Shown: in pieces, positions 16,125-26,683 of the stretch
How the letters are laid out: every line of letters begins with the position of its first letter
Numbering within the stretch: position 1 is the first letter of the stretch
Source: Planctomycetota bacterium
GTDB lineage: Bacteria > Planctomycetota > B15-G4 > SIAN01
NCBI GenBank assembly: GCA_031409275.1
Contig: JANNXA010000051.1
Location: forward strand, 256,001 to 320,000
Length of the DNA stretch: 64,000 nucleotides
Direction: 5' to 3'
Translations under genes and position numbers: made by a program
Notes under the pieces: model-generated
Databases searched by the model: none
The model's input: the letters and a program-made list of their open reading frames with translations, nothing else
Told to the model about the DNA's origin: nothing

Positions 16125-18617
16125 TCAGTGGTGCGGCGCGCCGCCGCCCTGCCCCACCACCGGCAGCAGCTTCACCGCCCCCTTCGCGTCGCCACCGAAC
16201 GACAGCGTGTCCATCGGGCAGACCGTGACGCAGATGCCGCAGCCGATGCAGCTCGACGTCGCGTTGTCGAGCACGTCCTGCTTCAGCGCGTACTGCATCA
16301 CGGGGATGCCGACCTGGCAATTGCGACTGCACTCGCCGCACGCGATGCACTTGTCGTTGGAAACGATCTTGAACCGGCTCCAACCCATGCGGGCGTAGAA
16401 GGCCGAGAGGTACTGCATCAACTTGGCGAGCGGGCACCAGAAGCGGCACCACACCTTGCCGCCGAGGAACGGATAGAGCGTCACCGGCAGGATGCCCACC
16501 AACCAGACATCGGCGACGACGCGATAGAGCCGCATCCCGAACTCAGCCTTGTTGTTCCAGAAGCCGTAGTCGGTGCCGCCGAAGTTCACCGCGCCGAGCA
16601 GATGGAAGCCGTCCCGCATCAGCATCAGCAGCGTCACCACGAACGCGGCGATCAGGATGAAGAGCCCCATCATCTCGTAGCGGATCGAGCCCTTGCCTTT
16701 GGGCGCGAGATGACGCCAACGGTCGCCGAAGGTCTCGGCGAGGCCGCCGCACCCGCAGATCCAGGAGCAGTAGCGCTTGCCCTGGAACACCACCAGCAGC
16801 GGGATCACGACGCAGGTCAGCAGCACGCCCCACACGACCCACACCTGATGGGGCTGATAGAAGAACGAATAGAAGAAGAGCGGCCACGCATAGACGACGC
16901 CGTAGCTGCGCCACGCTTGATCGGCGAAGGTCGGATCGTTGGCAAGCTGCGTCCCGACCCACTGGTACTTCACCGCCCACTGGAAGAGGAACTCGGGCAC
17001 CAGGAAGAACATCACCCACTGGAACGAGAGCAATGACGTGTAGCGCCAGACCTGGAAGCGATCCTTGCGCTCGAGGCCCCAGCGCTTCAGCGCGCGCAGC
17101 CCGAAGACGGTCATCAGCGACGTGTAGAGGACCGTGTACCAGAACGACCAGCCGCGATCGGCGAAGCTGAGCGCCTGGTAGCCCCATCCGGTGTAGGGCC
17201 AGAACTCATCCTTGCCGCTGGTATCGGCCTTCACGCCGTAGATCGAGTACCAGACCAGGAACGACAGCGAGAGCCACGACCAGCGGTCTCCCCTCGCGCC
17301 GGTTCGCACCAGCGTGCCCACCGCCGCCGCGGTCAGCGCGAGCCCTCCCCACCACGGAACGAAGTCGAGCGCGATGCCGCTGCCGTCGCCGAAATGGAAG
17401 GTCTGGGCGATCCACGACGCGCCAAACCAGGTGAAGCGCGCTTGTCCACCGAAGTGCTGGCCGAGCCAGAGGATCCCGAACAGCGCCGCCACGGCGAGCA
17501 GCAGCGCCCGCAGCGGCCGCCCGCTCCACTCGTTCTCGAGCCTAATGCCGAGCGACTTCAGGAACGCCACCGGCAACTCGGCGCCAATCAGGACGAACGC
17601 GTGGCGGGTCGGGACGACGCGCTCCTCGCGATGGCCGCCGCGATCGACGACCAGCGTCGCTTCGCCGGCCCGGAACTCCTTCACCTCGCTGTTCAGCGCC
17701 ACCTCGATGCGCTTCTGAGCGATGGCGGCGTCGAGCTGACGTTGGTTCTCCTTGAAGACGCGCGCGAACTCGCTGCCGCGGTAGGAGAGGACCACCTTGT
17801 TCTTCTCGGCGAGCGTCAGCGCCGCCTCGATCGCGCTGTTGCCGCCGCCCACGACCAGCAGCGATTCACCGACGTATTTCCGCGGCGAGTAGAGGCGGTG
17901 ATAGACGTGGCCAAGCTCCTCGCCCGGCACGTTCAGCTTGCGCGGATTGCCGCGCTGCCCGGTCGCCAGCACGATCTTCTTCGCGCGGTAGCTCCCCTTC
18001 GGCGTCGTCGCGACGAAGTGGCCGTCCTTCTTCTGGAGCTTGGTGAGCGGCTCCTCGGTGCGCACTTCGAGCGCGTTGTCGCGCACGATCTGGTGCCACC
18101 GTTGCACCAGTTCCTCCTTCTGCGCGCCATCGAGCCACAGCTTGCCCTTCGGCGGCACGCTGTCGGGCTCGGCGTAGACCCACTTCCCCTCCGGGAACTG
18201 GTCGATCGTGTTGGCGATGCGCTCCTTCTCGAGCACGACGCACTTCCAGCCGCGCTCCTTCGCCGCCAGCGCGGCGTTCAGCCCCGATGCGCCCGCGCCG
18301 ATCACCAGCACGTCGAGCAGCGTCGCGTCGGTCGCCGCGGCCGGCTTCGCCATCTCGGGTCGTGTCGCGATCCAGTCGATCACTTCGACGCCCTGCGCCA
18401 TCGCGAGCTTGATCACCGGCGCGCCGGCGAGGTCACCGATCACGTGGAGGCCCGGCACGCTCGATTCGTTGCCGGAATGCAGCTCGGGGCGGCGCGAATC
18501 ACCGTTGCCGCTTTCGAGGATCAGCTGCAGCGAATCGCGCAGCTGCTTGGGCGCGAAGCGCTGCCACAGCGGCGCTCGAGCGGGCGGCGTGGCGGCCGGG
18601 GTCGTGGTCGCGCTCAC
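16125..18617 (-). CDS. FAD/NAD(P)H pyridine-nucleotide oxidoreductase fused to a NapH/RdxA-like membrane polyferredoxin (about 830 aa)
   Basis: GAGASG, ATG..PRKL.VPGE and GGGNSA motifs, then multiple TM segments, CSWICGCG, CRFWCP and two CxxCxxCxxxC(Q/P) motifs. GTG 18617 overlaps the upstream TGA. Confidence 0.85.
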   Translation of the reverse strand: MSATTTPAATPPARAPLWQRFAPKQLRDSLQLILESGNGDSRRPELHSGNESSVPGLHVIGDLAGAPVIKLAMAQGVEVIDWIATRPEMAKPAAATDATLLDVLVIGAGASGLNAALAAKERGWKCVVLEKERIANTIDQFPEGKWVYAEPDSVPPKGKLWLDGAQKEELVQRWHQIVRDNALEVRTEEPLTKLQKKDGHFVATTPKGSYRAKKIVLATGQRGNPRKLNVPGEELGHVYHRLYSPRKYVGESLLVVGGGNSAIEAALTLAEKNKVVLSYRGSEFARVFKENQRQLDAAIAQKRIEVALNSEVKEFRAGEATLVVDRGGHREERVVPTRHAFVLIGAELPVAFLKSLGIRLENEWSGRPLRALLLAVAALFGILWLGQHFGGQARFTWFGASWIAQTFHFGDGSGIALDFVPWWGGLALTAAAVGTLVRTGARGDRWSWLSLSFLVWYSIYGVKADTSGKDEFWPYTGWGYQALSFADRGWSFWYTVLYTSLMTVFGLRALKRWGLERKDRFQVWRYTSLLSFQWVMFFLVPEFLFQWAVKYQWVGTQLANDPTFADQAWRSYGVVYAWPLFFYSFFYQPHQVWVVWGVLLTCVVIPLLVVFQGKRYCSWICGCGGLAETFGDRWRHLAPKGKGSIRYEMMGLFILIAAFVVTLLMLMRDGFHLLGAVNFGGTDYGFWNNKAEFGMRLYRVVADVWLVGILPVTLYPFLGGKVWCRFWCPLAKLMQYLSAFYARMGWSRFKIVSNDKCIACGECSRNCQVGIPVMQYALKQDVLDNATSSCIGCGICVTVCPMDTLSFGGDAKGAVKLLPVVGQGGGAPHH

Positions 18618-19294
18618 GAAGGGCTCCTGCCGAGACCGCGCATCGATTCGCTCTCCGAGCTCTTCAGGCGCGCGCCGCAGCCGACGCACGCGCGCGCATT
18701 GGGGTGGTTGACGCCGCCGCAGGCCGCGCAGGCGACCGGAGCGTGCGTCAGCGGGATCTTGCCCAGCCCGCCTGGCATGCCGCCTGGCACTTGCGAGAGA
18801 TCGCCGCGCGGAAGCATGGCGACGCGAGCGACGGCGACGACGTTGAAGGCGAGACCGGCCAGCAACCAGGGCAATGGCGTGAGTCCCTTGCTGAGCGCAA
18901 GGTAGGCCGCCCACGCGCCGCAGAGCAATCCAACGACGACGTAGCTGCCGAACCAGAACCAGCCCGACAAGAGCGAGCGCTCGTCCGACGCCTTGGTCGC
19001 CGCCTCGTCGAACAGGGCGCCGCGCGCCTGCTGACCGGCGAACAACTCCTCTCGTTCGAGGTCCCAATGCGCCTCGCACGCGGGCGAACAGACGCCGACC
19101 GTGCGACCGCGGTAGACGATGTGGCGTCCTGCCGTCGCGCCACCGCAGGCGATGCAGCGCTCTGCGGCGGAAGCGGCGGAGGCGGTGCCTTGGGCGCGGC
19201 CGCTGCCGGCGAAGGCCAGCGACGCCAAGAGCAGCGGTGCCAGCAGTCTCAGCAGTCGACCCAACCGGCTCCGTGCAACTCCTCGACGATGCAT
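18614..19294 (-). CDS. Membrane protein with N-terminal YHS/TRASH-like Cys motif and C-terminal zinc ribbon
   Basis: SD GGAGGAGG before ATG 19294, signal-like N-terminus, 'CIACGG..YRGRTVGVCSPAC', two TM segments, 'CAACG..CVGCG'. Confidence 0.7.
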   Translation of the reverse strand: MHRRGVARSRLGRLLRLLAPLLLASLAFAGSGRAQGTASAASAAERCIACGGATAGRHIVYRGRTVGVCSPACEAHWDLEREELFAGQQARGALFDEAATKASDERSLLSGWFWFGSYVVVGLLCGAWAAYLALSKGLTPLPWLLAGLAFNVVAVARVAMLPRGDLSQVPGGMPGGLGKIPLTHAPVACAACGGVNHPNARACVGCGARLKSSESESMRGLGRSPS

Positions 19295-19307
19295 GCAACC
19301 TCCTCCT

Positions 19308-19486
19308 AGCAGCCCGTTGGAGAACTCCCCGTGTCGCCTGGCGGCGTCTTTCAAGCCGGTCCTTCGTTGGAGTCAGAACGTGCTTCGCAACTCGACAACT
19401 CACAGGGGAGTTGGCTTCGAACCTCCTCCTCGTCCCGACTCGAAATCCGCTCGCCAGACTCGCGGTGACTTCTCCAACGGGCTGCT
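19308..19486. mobile_element. MITE-like non-autonomous element (179 bp)
   Basis: Perfect 17-bp terminal inverted repeats AGCAGCCCGTTGGAGAA (19308-19324) and TTCTCCAACGGGCTGCT (19470-19486), imperfect subterminal IR, CTAG/CTCG at the junctions, lower GC, no transposase. Confidence 0.72.
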
Positions 19487-19593
19487 CGCGCGACGGCGGC
19501 TAACGATGCCGATGCAGGAGCGCGGTTTCGTGTGCCGCTATCTTGGCGCGCCATCCTCGCTGCCCCTCCCTCGAGAACCCGCAGGAATCCTCG

Positions 19594-20634
19594 ATGCCTC
19601 GCCGCGTCGCCCTCGCCTGGTGCGCCCTGGCGCTGTCGGTGGCAGCCGCAGCCCAGGATGCGCCCGTCGCCGCCGCCCGCGCGACCGCCACCTTCGAAGC
19701 GCTGCCGATCACCGCCGACGAACTCCCGCAGGACTGGATCCTCGAGCAAGAGCTTGCCTGCGCCTCGCCGACCGCAGCGAAGTTCCTCGCCGGCACCGCC
19801 GTCGCCGCCTCGGCGGGCGCGCCGAAACGGAGCGCGCACCAGACGCTGGGCGGCGCCTCCGGGCGCGGCAGCATTCTCTACTTCGAGTTCGAGGGCGACG
19901 TACCGCAGCCGTGGATCGAAGGACTCGTGACGCAACTGTGGAGCGAGAAGGGGGAGCCGACGCGCACGCAGCCGGAGCTGGTGGCGCGCGCGGGGAACAC
20001 CTTCGTCGTCATCAGCTGCTCGCTGAACAGTCCGCTGCGCCGCTTCGCCTGCGATCGGCTGCGCAAGCGCTTCGGACTGCGCCTGCCCGACAGCGACGAC
20101 GATCGCCGGCGCGCGCTCGCTCCCTTGGCGCGGGCGGCGGCGGCAGGCGATCGCGAAGGCGGCCTGCGCATCCTCGCTGCTCGCCGCAAGGAGTTCCTCG
20201 GACTCTCGCTCGCCGCGTTCTACGAAGCGCAGTTGCATGTCGCGGGCAAGCAGTGGCTCGACGCGAACGTCGCCTTCGCCAAGGCGCTCGCGCTCGACGC
20301 CGCCACCGATCCGCTGCCAGACAACGCGCTCCACTACCAATGCGTGGACGGCCGCGGTCAGGCGTACTACCGGCAGCAGAAGTGGGCGGAGGCGGTGGCC
20401 ACGCTGCGCGAGGCCGCCGAACTCGCGCGCGCGCTCGGCCGCCCGCGGGCGCGCGCCGCGTCGCTCTACAACGCCGCGTGCAGCCTCGCGCTCGCCGGTG
20501 ACGGCGACGCCGCGATGGCCGAGCTCGAGCAGGCGCTCGCGCTGGCGAAAGACGAGCTGCTGCCGCAAGCGCGCAGCGACGCCGATCTCGAATCGTTGCG
20601 CAGCCGCGCCGATTGGAGCGAGCGGATCAGGTAG
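19594..20634 (+). CDS. Secreted TPR-repeat protein
   Basis: Signal peptide (..ALSVAAAAQ), TPR helices, C-terminal 'YNAACSLALAG..ARSDADLESLR'. Confidence 0.72.
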   Translation: MPRRVALAWCALALSVAAAAQDAPVAAARATATFEALPITADELPQDWILEQELACASPTAAKFLAGTAVAASAGAPKRSAHQTLGGASGRGSILYFEFEGDVPQPWIEGLVTQLWSEKGEPTRTQPELVARAGNTFVVISCSLNSPLRRFACDRLRKRFGLRLPDSDDDRRRALAPLARAAAAGDREGGLRILAARRKEFLGLSLAAFYEAQLHVAGKQWLDANVAFAKALALDAATDPLPDNALHYQCVDGRGQAYYRQQKWAEAVATLREAAELARALGRPRARAASLYNAACSLALAGDGDAAMAELEQALALAKDELLPQARSDADLESLRSRADWSERIR

Positions 20635-20655
20635 GCGACGCTTCGACCACTGCCG

Positions 20656-22077
20656 CTACTTGAGCCACTCCGCGTGGACGAAGCCGGCCGCCGGTTGATC
20701 GACGCGCTCGAAGGTGTGGGCTCCGAAGGCGTCGCGCTGCGCTTGCGTGAGGTTCTGCGGCAGCGAGGCGCAGCGATAACTGTCGTACCAGGAGAGGCTC
20801 GCGGCGAAGGCGGGCACCGGCAGGCCAAGCTCGGCGGCGGCTGCCACCACCTTGCGCAGGCCCGGCGTCGTCGCCTCGATGACCTTGCGGAAGTCGCGGT
20901 CGAGCAGCAGGTTCTTCAGTGACTTGTCCGCGGCGAAGGCGCGGCGGATCGTGTCGAGGAAACGGGCGCGGATGATGCATCCACCGGTCCAGATGCGCGC
21001 GAGCTCCGAGAGGTCGATCCCCCACTGGAACTGCTCACCCGCGACCTGGATCAGGCTCATGCCTTGCGCGTAGGCGCAGACCTTCGCCGCGTAGAGCGCG
21101 TCGTGCACAGCCGAGATCCAGCCCGCGGTATCGCCCTTCAGCATCTGCAGCGCCGGCCCCGGCAGCACCTTGCTGGCGGCGACACGCTGCTCCTTCATGC
21201 TGGACAGGACGCGCGCATCGATGGCCGCGGCGATGGTCGGGATCGCGACGCCGACGTCGAGCGCCGTCTGCGCGGTCCACTTGCCGGTCCCCTTCTGCCC
21301 CGCCTTGTCGAGCACGAGGTCGACGAGCGCCTTGCCCGTCGAGAGGTCGCTCTTCTGGAAGATGCGCGCAGTGATGTCGATCAGGAAGCTGTCGAGCGGT
21401 CCCTTGTTCCACTGGCTGAAGACGGCGCCGAGCTCGTCGGCCGCGAGGCCGAGCCCCTTGCGCAGAACGTCGTACGCCTCGGCGATCAACTGCATGTCGC
21501 CGTATTCGATGCCGTTGTGGACCATCTTCACGAAGTGGCCGGCACCGTCGGGGCCGCACCACGTCACGCATGGTCCGGTCGCGGTCCTGGCCGCGATCGC
21601 TTCGAAGACCGGCTTCAGCCGCTCGTACGCCGCCTTGTCGCCGCCCGGCATCAGCGACGGGCCGTGGCGCGCCCCCTCTTCACCGCCGGAGATGCCGCAG
21701 CCCACGAAGCACAGCCCCTTCTGCTTCCACGCCGCGTCGCGGCGACGCGTGTCGTGGAAGAGCGAGTTGCCGCCGTCGACCACGATGTCGGCCGCCTTCA
21801 GATGCGGCGCGAGCTCGGCCATCGCCTGATCGACCGGTTCGCCGGCCTTCACCATCAGCAGGATGCGGCGCGGCGCTTCGAGCACCGCGGCAAGCTCGGC
21901 GTAGCTCTTCACGCCGATCAGCTTCTTGCCGGGATTCGCGGCGAGGAACTCCGCGGTCTTCTCCAAGGTTCGGTTGTAGACGGCGACGGTGAAGCCGCGC
22001 GACTCGACGTTCAGTGCGAGGTTCGCGCCCATTACGCCGAGACCGACCACTCCGAACGAAGCGCTGCCTTGTGCCAT
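20656..22077 (-). CDS. gndA: 6-phosphogluconate dehydrogenase, NADP-dependent, decarboxylating
   Basis: GLGVMG, YNRT, DGGNS, SGGEEGA, VKMVHNGIEYGDMQ, QAQRDAFGAH. Confidence 0.97.
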   Translation of the reverse strand: MAQGSASFGVVGLGVMGANLALNVESRGFTVAVYNRTLEKTAEFLAANPGKKLIGVKSYAELAAVLEAPRRILLMVKAGEPVDQAMAELAPHLKAADIVVDGGNSLFHDTRRRDAAWKQKGLCFVGCGISGGEEGARHGPSLMPGGDKAAYERLKPVFEAIAARTATGPCVTWCGPDGAGHFVKMVHNGIEYGDMQLIAEAYDVLRKGLGLAADELGAVFSQWNKGPLDSFLIDITARIFQKSDLSTGKALVDLVLDKAGQKGTGKWTAQTALDVGVAIPTIAAAIDARVLSSMKEQRVAASKVLPGPALQMLKGDTAGWISAVHDALYAAKVCAYAQGMSLIQVAGEQFQWGIDLSELARIWTGGCIIRARFLDTIRRAFAADKSLKNLLLDRDFRKVIEATTPGLRKVVAAAAELGLPVPAFAASLSWYDSYRCASLPQNLTQAQRDAFGAHTFERVDQPAAGFVHAEWLK

Positions 22078-22146
22078 CGCAGAATCCTCCTGGTCCCGCC
22101 TTGATCGGCGGGAATGAACTTCCGACCGGAGCGCTCGTCTCGCGGG

Positions 22147-24159
22147 CTACCCCGCCAGCTTCTTCGCGGCGGCCACCACCGCGGCAGGCGTCAGGCCGTA
22201 CTCCTCGTAGATCCGCTCGGCCGGCGCCGAGGCGCCGAAGCGGTCGACGCCGATCGCCACCCCGCGGCCGCCGAGGAAGCGCTGCCAGCCGAAGGTCGTG
22301 CCCGCTTCGATCGAGACGCGCGCCGTGACCGCGGCCGGCAGCACCGATTCGCGATAGCTCGCATCCTGCTCGAGGAACGCCTCCTGGCAGGGCATCGAGA
22401 CCACTCGGGTCGGCACCCCTTGCGCCTCGAGCTGCTCGCGCGCCTTCATGGCGATCTCGACTTCGGTCCCGGTTGCGATCAGCAGGGCGCGTGGCTCGCC
22501 GCCCGTCGCATCCGCGAGCACGTAGCCGCCGCGCTGCAGCCACGAAGCGAGCCCGGTCTTGCTGCGATCCCACGTCGTCGCCTTCTGGCGCGAGAAGACC
22601 AGCACGGTCGGGCCATGCGTTCGCGCGAGCCCGTAGCGCCACGCCTCGACGGCCTCGTTGGCATCGCACGGACGCACCACGTGGACGTTGGGGCAGGCGC
22701 GCAGCGCGGCGAGGTGCTCGATCGGCTGGTGGGTCGGACCGTCTTCGCCGAGCCCGATCGAGTCGTGGGTGAAGACGAAGAGCGTCGGCAGGTGGGAGAG
22801 CGCGGCGAGCCGGATCGCCGGCTTCATGTAGTCGCTGAAGCAGAAGAACGTGGCGGTGAAGCTGCGCGGCCCGCCATGGCAGGCGATGCCGTTGGCGATC
22901 GCTCCCATCGCGTGTTCGCGCACGCCGTAGTGGAGGTTGCGGCCGGCACCGGTCGTGCCATCGAAGTCGCCGCCCTTCTCGATCGACGTGTTGGTCGACA
23001 CCGACAAGTCCGCGTCGCCGCCGATCAGCCACGGGATCTTGCCCGCGAAGTGGTTCAGCGCCTTGCCACCGCTCTGGCGAGTGGCGAGCCCCTGCGTGGC
23101 CGGGAACGTCAGCGGATCCTTGTCCCAGCCGCTCGGCAGCGCGCCGGCGGTCATCGTCTTCCATTCGGCCGCCTCGGCAGGGAACGCGGCGGCGTACGCG
23201 GCGAAGCGGCGCTCCCAGTCACTGCGCGCACGCTGACCGAGCGCACCGGCGCTCGCGAACGCCGCGCGCGCATCCGCTGACACCACGAAGCTCTGGGTCG
23301 GGTCGAGGCCGAGCGCCTTCTTGGTGGCGGCGAGCTCCTCGTCCCCGAGCGGCGAACCGTGCACGTGATGCGTTCCCGCCTTCTTCGGCGAGCCGTAGCC
23401 GATGGTCGTCTTGACCACGATGAAGGTCGGCTTGCCGACGTCCTGGCGCGCCGTCTGCAGCGCCTGGTCGATCGCGGCGAAATCGCCATTGCCATCCGCG
23501 ACCGTCAGCACGCGCCAGCCGCACGCCTCCATCCGCTTCGCGACGTCCTCGTTGAAGGAGAGCGAGGTCGGGCCGTCGAGCGAGATGTCGTTGCTGTCGT
23601 AGAGCCACACCAGCTTCGACAGCTTCAAGTGGCCGGCGAGCGACGCCGCCTCGTAGCTGATCCCCTCCATCAGGCAGCCGTCGCCCATCAACGCGTAGGT
23701 GCGATGGTCGACGATCGTGTGGCCGGGACGGTTGTAGCGCTGCGCGAGCCAGCGCTCGGCGATCGCCATCCCCACCGCGTTCGCGGCGCCTTGTCCAAGC
23801 GGCCCGGTGGTCGCCTCGACGCCCGCCGTCATGCCGAGCTCCGGATGGCCCGGCGTCTTGCTGCCCCATTGGCGGAACGACTTGATGTCGTCGAGCGTCA
23901 GCGGGAAGCCGTACACGTGCAGCAGCGAGTAGAGGAGCATGCTCCCGTGGCCGGCCGACAGCACGAAGCGATCGCGATCGGGCCACGCCGGCGCCGACGG
24001 GTCGAAGCGCAGGTGCTTCTGCCACAGCGTGTAGGCCATCGGAGCCGCGCCGAGCGGCAATCCCGGGTGGCCGGAGTTGGCCTTCTGCACGCCGTCGATC
24101 GCGAGCGCGCGGATCGTGTTGGTGCAGAGCAGGTCCTGAGTCGTAGTCGCGACCGTCAC
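22147..24159 (-). CDS. tkt: Transketolase
   Basis: [57 protein letters not shown] 24159 follows SD AAGGAG. Confidence 0.97.
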   Translation of the reverse strand: MTVATTTQDLLCTNTIRALAIDGVQKANSGHPGLPLGAAPMAYTLWQKHLRFDPSAPAWPDRDRFVLSAGHGSMLLYSLLHVYGFPLTLDDIKSFRQWGSKTPGHPELGMTAGVEATTGPLGQGAANAVGMAIAERWLAQRYNRPGHTIVDHRTYALMGDGCLMEGISYEAASLAGHLKLSKLVWLYDSNDISLDGPTSLSFNEDVAKRMEACGWRVLTVADGNGDFAAIDQALQTARQDVGKPTFIVVKTTIGYGSPKKAGTHHVHGSPLGDEELAATKKALGLDPTQSFVVSADARAAFASAGALGQRARSDWERRFAAYAAAFPAEAAEWKTMTAGALPSGWDKDPLTFPATQGLATRQSGGKALNHFAGKIPWLIGGDADLSVSTNTSIEKGGDFDGTTGAGRNLHYGVREHAMGAIANGIACHGGPRSFTATFFCFSDYMKPAIRLAALSHLPTLFVFTHDSIGLGEDGPTHQPIEHLAALRACPNVHVVRPCDANEAVEAWRYGLARTHGPTVLVFSRQKATTWDRSKTGLASWLQRGGYVLADATGGEPRALLIATGTEVEIAMKAREQLEAQGVPTRVVSMPCQEAFLEQDASYRESVLPAAVTARVSIEAGTTFGWQRFLGGRGVAIGVDRFGASAPAERIYEEYGLTPAAVVAAAKKLAG

Positions 24160-24184
24160 GCGTTTCTCCTTCTTCAGAGCGCCT

Positions 24185-24904
24185 TCATGCCGAGAAGGCG
24201 GAGTCGGTTTCAATGTCGGCAGCGGCGGCACGATCGAGGAGCCAATCACGGCCGGCAAGCAGACAGGCCGGGATCGCGTCGGGCGATGCATCGGAGGCGA
24301 ACGCTCGCGCGACCGCCGCCGCCTTGTCGCTTCCGGCCGCCAGCACCAGCACCACGCGCGCCGCGGCGATCGCGGGCGGCGTCAGCGTGAGCCGATTTGG
24401 CGGCGCCTTCGGCCCCACCACCGCGACGACGCGCCGCTCGACCTCGCCGAGCGCCGTCGAACCCGGGAAGAGCGATGCCGTGTGGCCATCGGGCCCGAGC
24501 CCGAGCAACAGCAGATCGAGCTCCGCGGGCAGCGCCGCGTCGTAGGCACGCGCGGCACCGTCCCGATCCTCGATTTCCGCGACCATGCGATGGACCTGGA
24601 TCGCCGGAATCGCCACCCGAGAGAGCAGCGCCTGGCGGGCCGCGCCGTAGTTGCTGTCGACGTGGTCCGGCGGCACGCAGCGCTCATCGCCAAACCAGAT
24701 GTGGACCTTCTCCCACGGCACCGTCGTGACGTAGCGGGAGGCGAGGAGCTCGTAGGCGCGCCGCGGCGTGTTTCCGCCCGCCAGCGCGAAGTCGGCGCGG
24801 CCGCGCGCTGCGATCGACGTCGCCAGCACGCTTGCCATTCGATCGGCGGCCGCAATGGCGAGCGCCTCGCCATCGGCCACGATCGTCCTCGTCGCGTTCG
24901 CCAT
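24185..24904 (-). CDS. pgl: 6-phosphogluconolactonase
   Basis: [37 protein letters not shown]. Confidence 0.95.
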   Translation of the reverse strand: MANATRTIVADGEALAIAAADRMASVLATSIAARGRADFALAGGNTPRRAYELLASRYVTTVPWEKVHIWFGDERCVPPDHVDSNYGAARQALLSRVAIPAIQVHRMVAEIEDRDGAARAYDAALPAELDLLLLGLGPDGHTASLFPGSTALGEVERRVVAVVGPKAPPNRLTLTPPAIAAARVVLVLAAGSDKAAAVARAFASDASPDAIPACLLAGRDWLLDRAAAADIETDSAFSA

Positions 24905-25035
24905 CGCGGCGATTCCCCCTCGGGTCTTCCCACGCCCATTGCAGACGGATGGTCGGGCATCGTAGCGGCGTCGGAGCTATGTTCCGGGCCGTTTGCCTCG
25001 GCCGCGCCGTCGACATTCGCCGATGGATGGTCCGG

Positions 25036-26655
25036 ATGAGCCACCCCGACAAGCCCGCGACCATGCCCGCTGCACCGCCGCTGCCGCCTCCGATGGGGTC
25101 GCGGCGGCGCGCCGGCTGGTGGGCAGCGCTCGTCCTCTTCGCGCTCGGGGCGGCGCTGCGATGGCACGACGTCGCCACGCTGTCGGTGAACGGCGACGAG
25201 ATCTACACCATCTGGGAGACCCGGTCGGCCCGCAAGGCGGCCGATGCCGTCGATGTCGTCACCGCCTGGAAGCAGCGCATCGAGTTGATGGTGTCGTCGA
25301 ACCCCACGCCGCCGAAGGGGGTGCCGGAGCAGGAGCTCTGGCGGCTGCGCTGGGGCTATCGCACCAATCCGCTGTTCCTGCTGCAGAACGAGCTCGCCTT
25401 CTGGCTGTTCGGCGACACGCCGTTCGCGGCGCGACTCTCGAGCCTCGTGAGTGGACTGCTCGCGCTGCTGCTGCTGCCGTTGCTGGCGCGCGGCCTCTTC
25501 GGCGATCGCTTCGCGCTGCTGCTGCTGCTGGTGCTGGCCCTCTCGCCCAACGCCATCGAGCACTCCCGCTTCGCGCGCTACTACTCCGCTTCCTTCCTCT
25601 TCGGCGCACTCGCCGCATTGTCGGCCGCCCGCTACACGCTGCATCGACGCCGCGGCGACGAGATCCTCTTCGGGATCGCCTGCATCGCGCTGGTCGGATC
25701 GCACCACACCGGCGCGCCCGTTGCCGTGCTGCTCCTCCTCTGGATGGCGTTGGGCGCGCGCAGCTGGCTCTGTGTCGCAGGGCTCGTCATCGCCGCGCTT
25801 GGCGGTTGGCTGGCGTGGCAGTTCGGACCGCTGAAGAAGATCCTCGACACGATCCAGGAGGGCATTCGCCCGACCAGCGCCTATCGCTCCTGGCGTATGG
25901 CGGCGGCGCTCTTCTACAACGTCGGCCCGGGCTGGATCGCGCTCGGTGCGCTTGCCGTCGGCTGGTGGCCACCCAAGGGCCAACGCAAGGCGTTGCTGCC
26001 GCTCGCCGTCACCGTCCTGGCCACGTCGTGGACGCTGTTCGCGCTGAACTACCGCCACGACATCGGACCGCGCTACTTCACCGCCATCGAAGGGGTCGGG
26101 GCGCTGCTCGCGGCGTGCGGACTCGAGCGCCTTTGCGCGGCGACACGGCGCACGGGGATCGCGCGGGCGCTGGCCGCCGGTCTCGTGCTGGTGCACGTGC
26201 CGCTGCTCGTCTCGAACCAGACCGACGGCCAGCGTTTTCCGATCGCGGAGGCGGTCGAGCAACTGCGGTCGGAGGCGCAGCCCCACGATCGCGTGATGGC
26301 GAACTGGGGCGGGATCTACGAGTACCACTTCGAGCGGGATGGCAGGTCGCCGCACAACGTCATGGAGCTGCCGAACAACCTCGCGGCGCTGGAGGAGTCC
26401 CTGCTCGAGCCGCGCGCGCTCGACGGCCCGCCGGCGCGCGCCTGGCTCGTGCTCGAACGGCAGCGCGGTCAGCTCTCGTGGGCAGGGCCGTCCCATCGCC
26501 TCGCCGATTGGCTGGCGCGCCACGCACAGAAAGTCGCAACGCTCGGCGGCGCGCGACTCGACTCGCTGCTGAACCGCTACGGCGGCGGCTACCGCTACGA
26601 GCTCGCGATCTACTCGGTCGATCTCGCCGCGTTGCGAGCGCAACGGCAGCAGTGA
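25036..26655 (+). CDS. GT-C fold membrane glycosyltransferase (PMT/ArnT-like)
   Basis: 'DE' dipeptide after TM1 (SVNGDEIYT), 'AARLSS', 'SP..IEHSRFARYY', about 11 TM segments, 'PRYF'. Start uncertain (25036 or 25063). Confidence 0.7.
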   Translation: MSHPDKPATMPAAPPLPPPMGSRRRAGWWAALVLFALGAALRWHDVATLSVNGDEIYTIWETRSARKAADAVDVVTAWKQRIELMVSSNPTPPKGVPEQELWRLRWGYRTNPLFLLQNELAFWLFGDTPFAARLSSLVSGLLALLLLPLLARGLFGDRFALLLLLVLALSPNAIEHSRFARYYSASFLFGALAALSAARYTLHRRRGDEILFGIACIALVGSHHTGAPVAVLLLLWMALGARSWLCVAGLVIAALGGWLAWQFGPLKKILDTIQEGIRPTSAYRSWRMAAALFYNVGPGWIALGALAVGWWPPKGQRKALLPLAVTVLATSWTLFALNYRHDIGPRYFTAIEGVGALLAACGLERLCAATRRTGIARALAAGLVLVHVPLLVSNQTDGQRFPIAEAVEQLRSEAQPHDRVMANWGGIYEYHFERDGRSPHNVMELPNNLAALEESLLEPRALDGPPARAWLVLERQRGQLSWAGPSHRLADWLARHAQKVATLGGARLDSLLNRYGGGYRYELAIYSVDLAALRAQRQQ

Positions 26656-26683
26656 GGCGGCGCGACCGGGCGGCGCCGCGCCG

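Noticed and set aside
18618..19403. N-terminal extension of the 1092-aa ORF, and similar extensions of ORFs 5970-8930, 41729-44863, 43465-46173 and 44754-47786
   Set aside because: These Arg/Ala-rich extensions overlap real genes in other frames. True starts are marked by stop/start overlaps or SD sequences.
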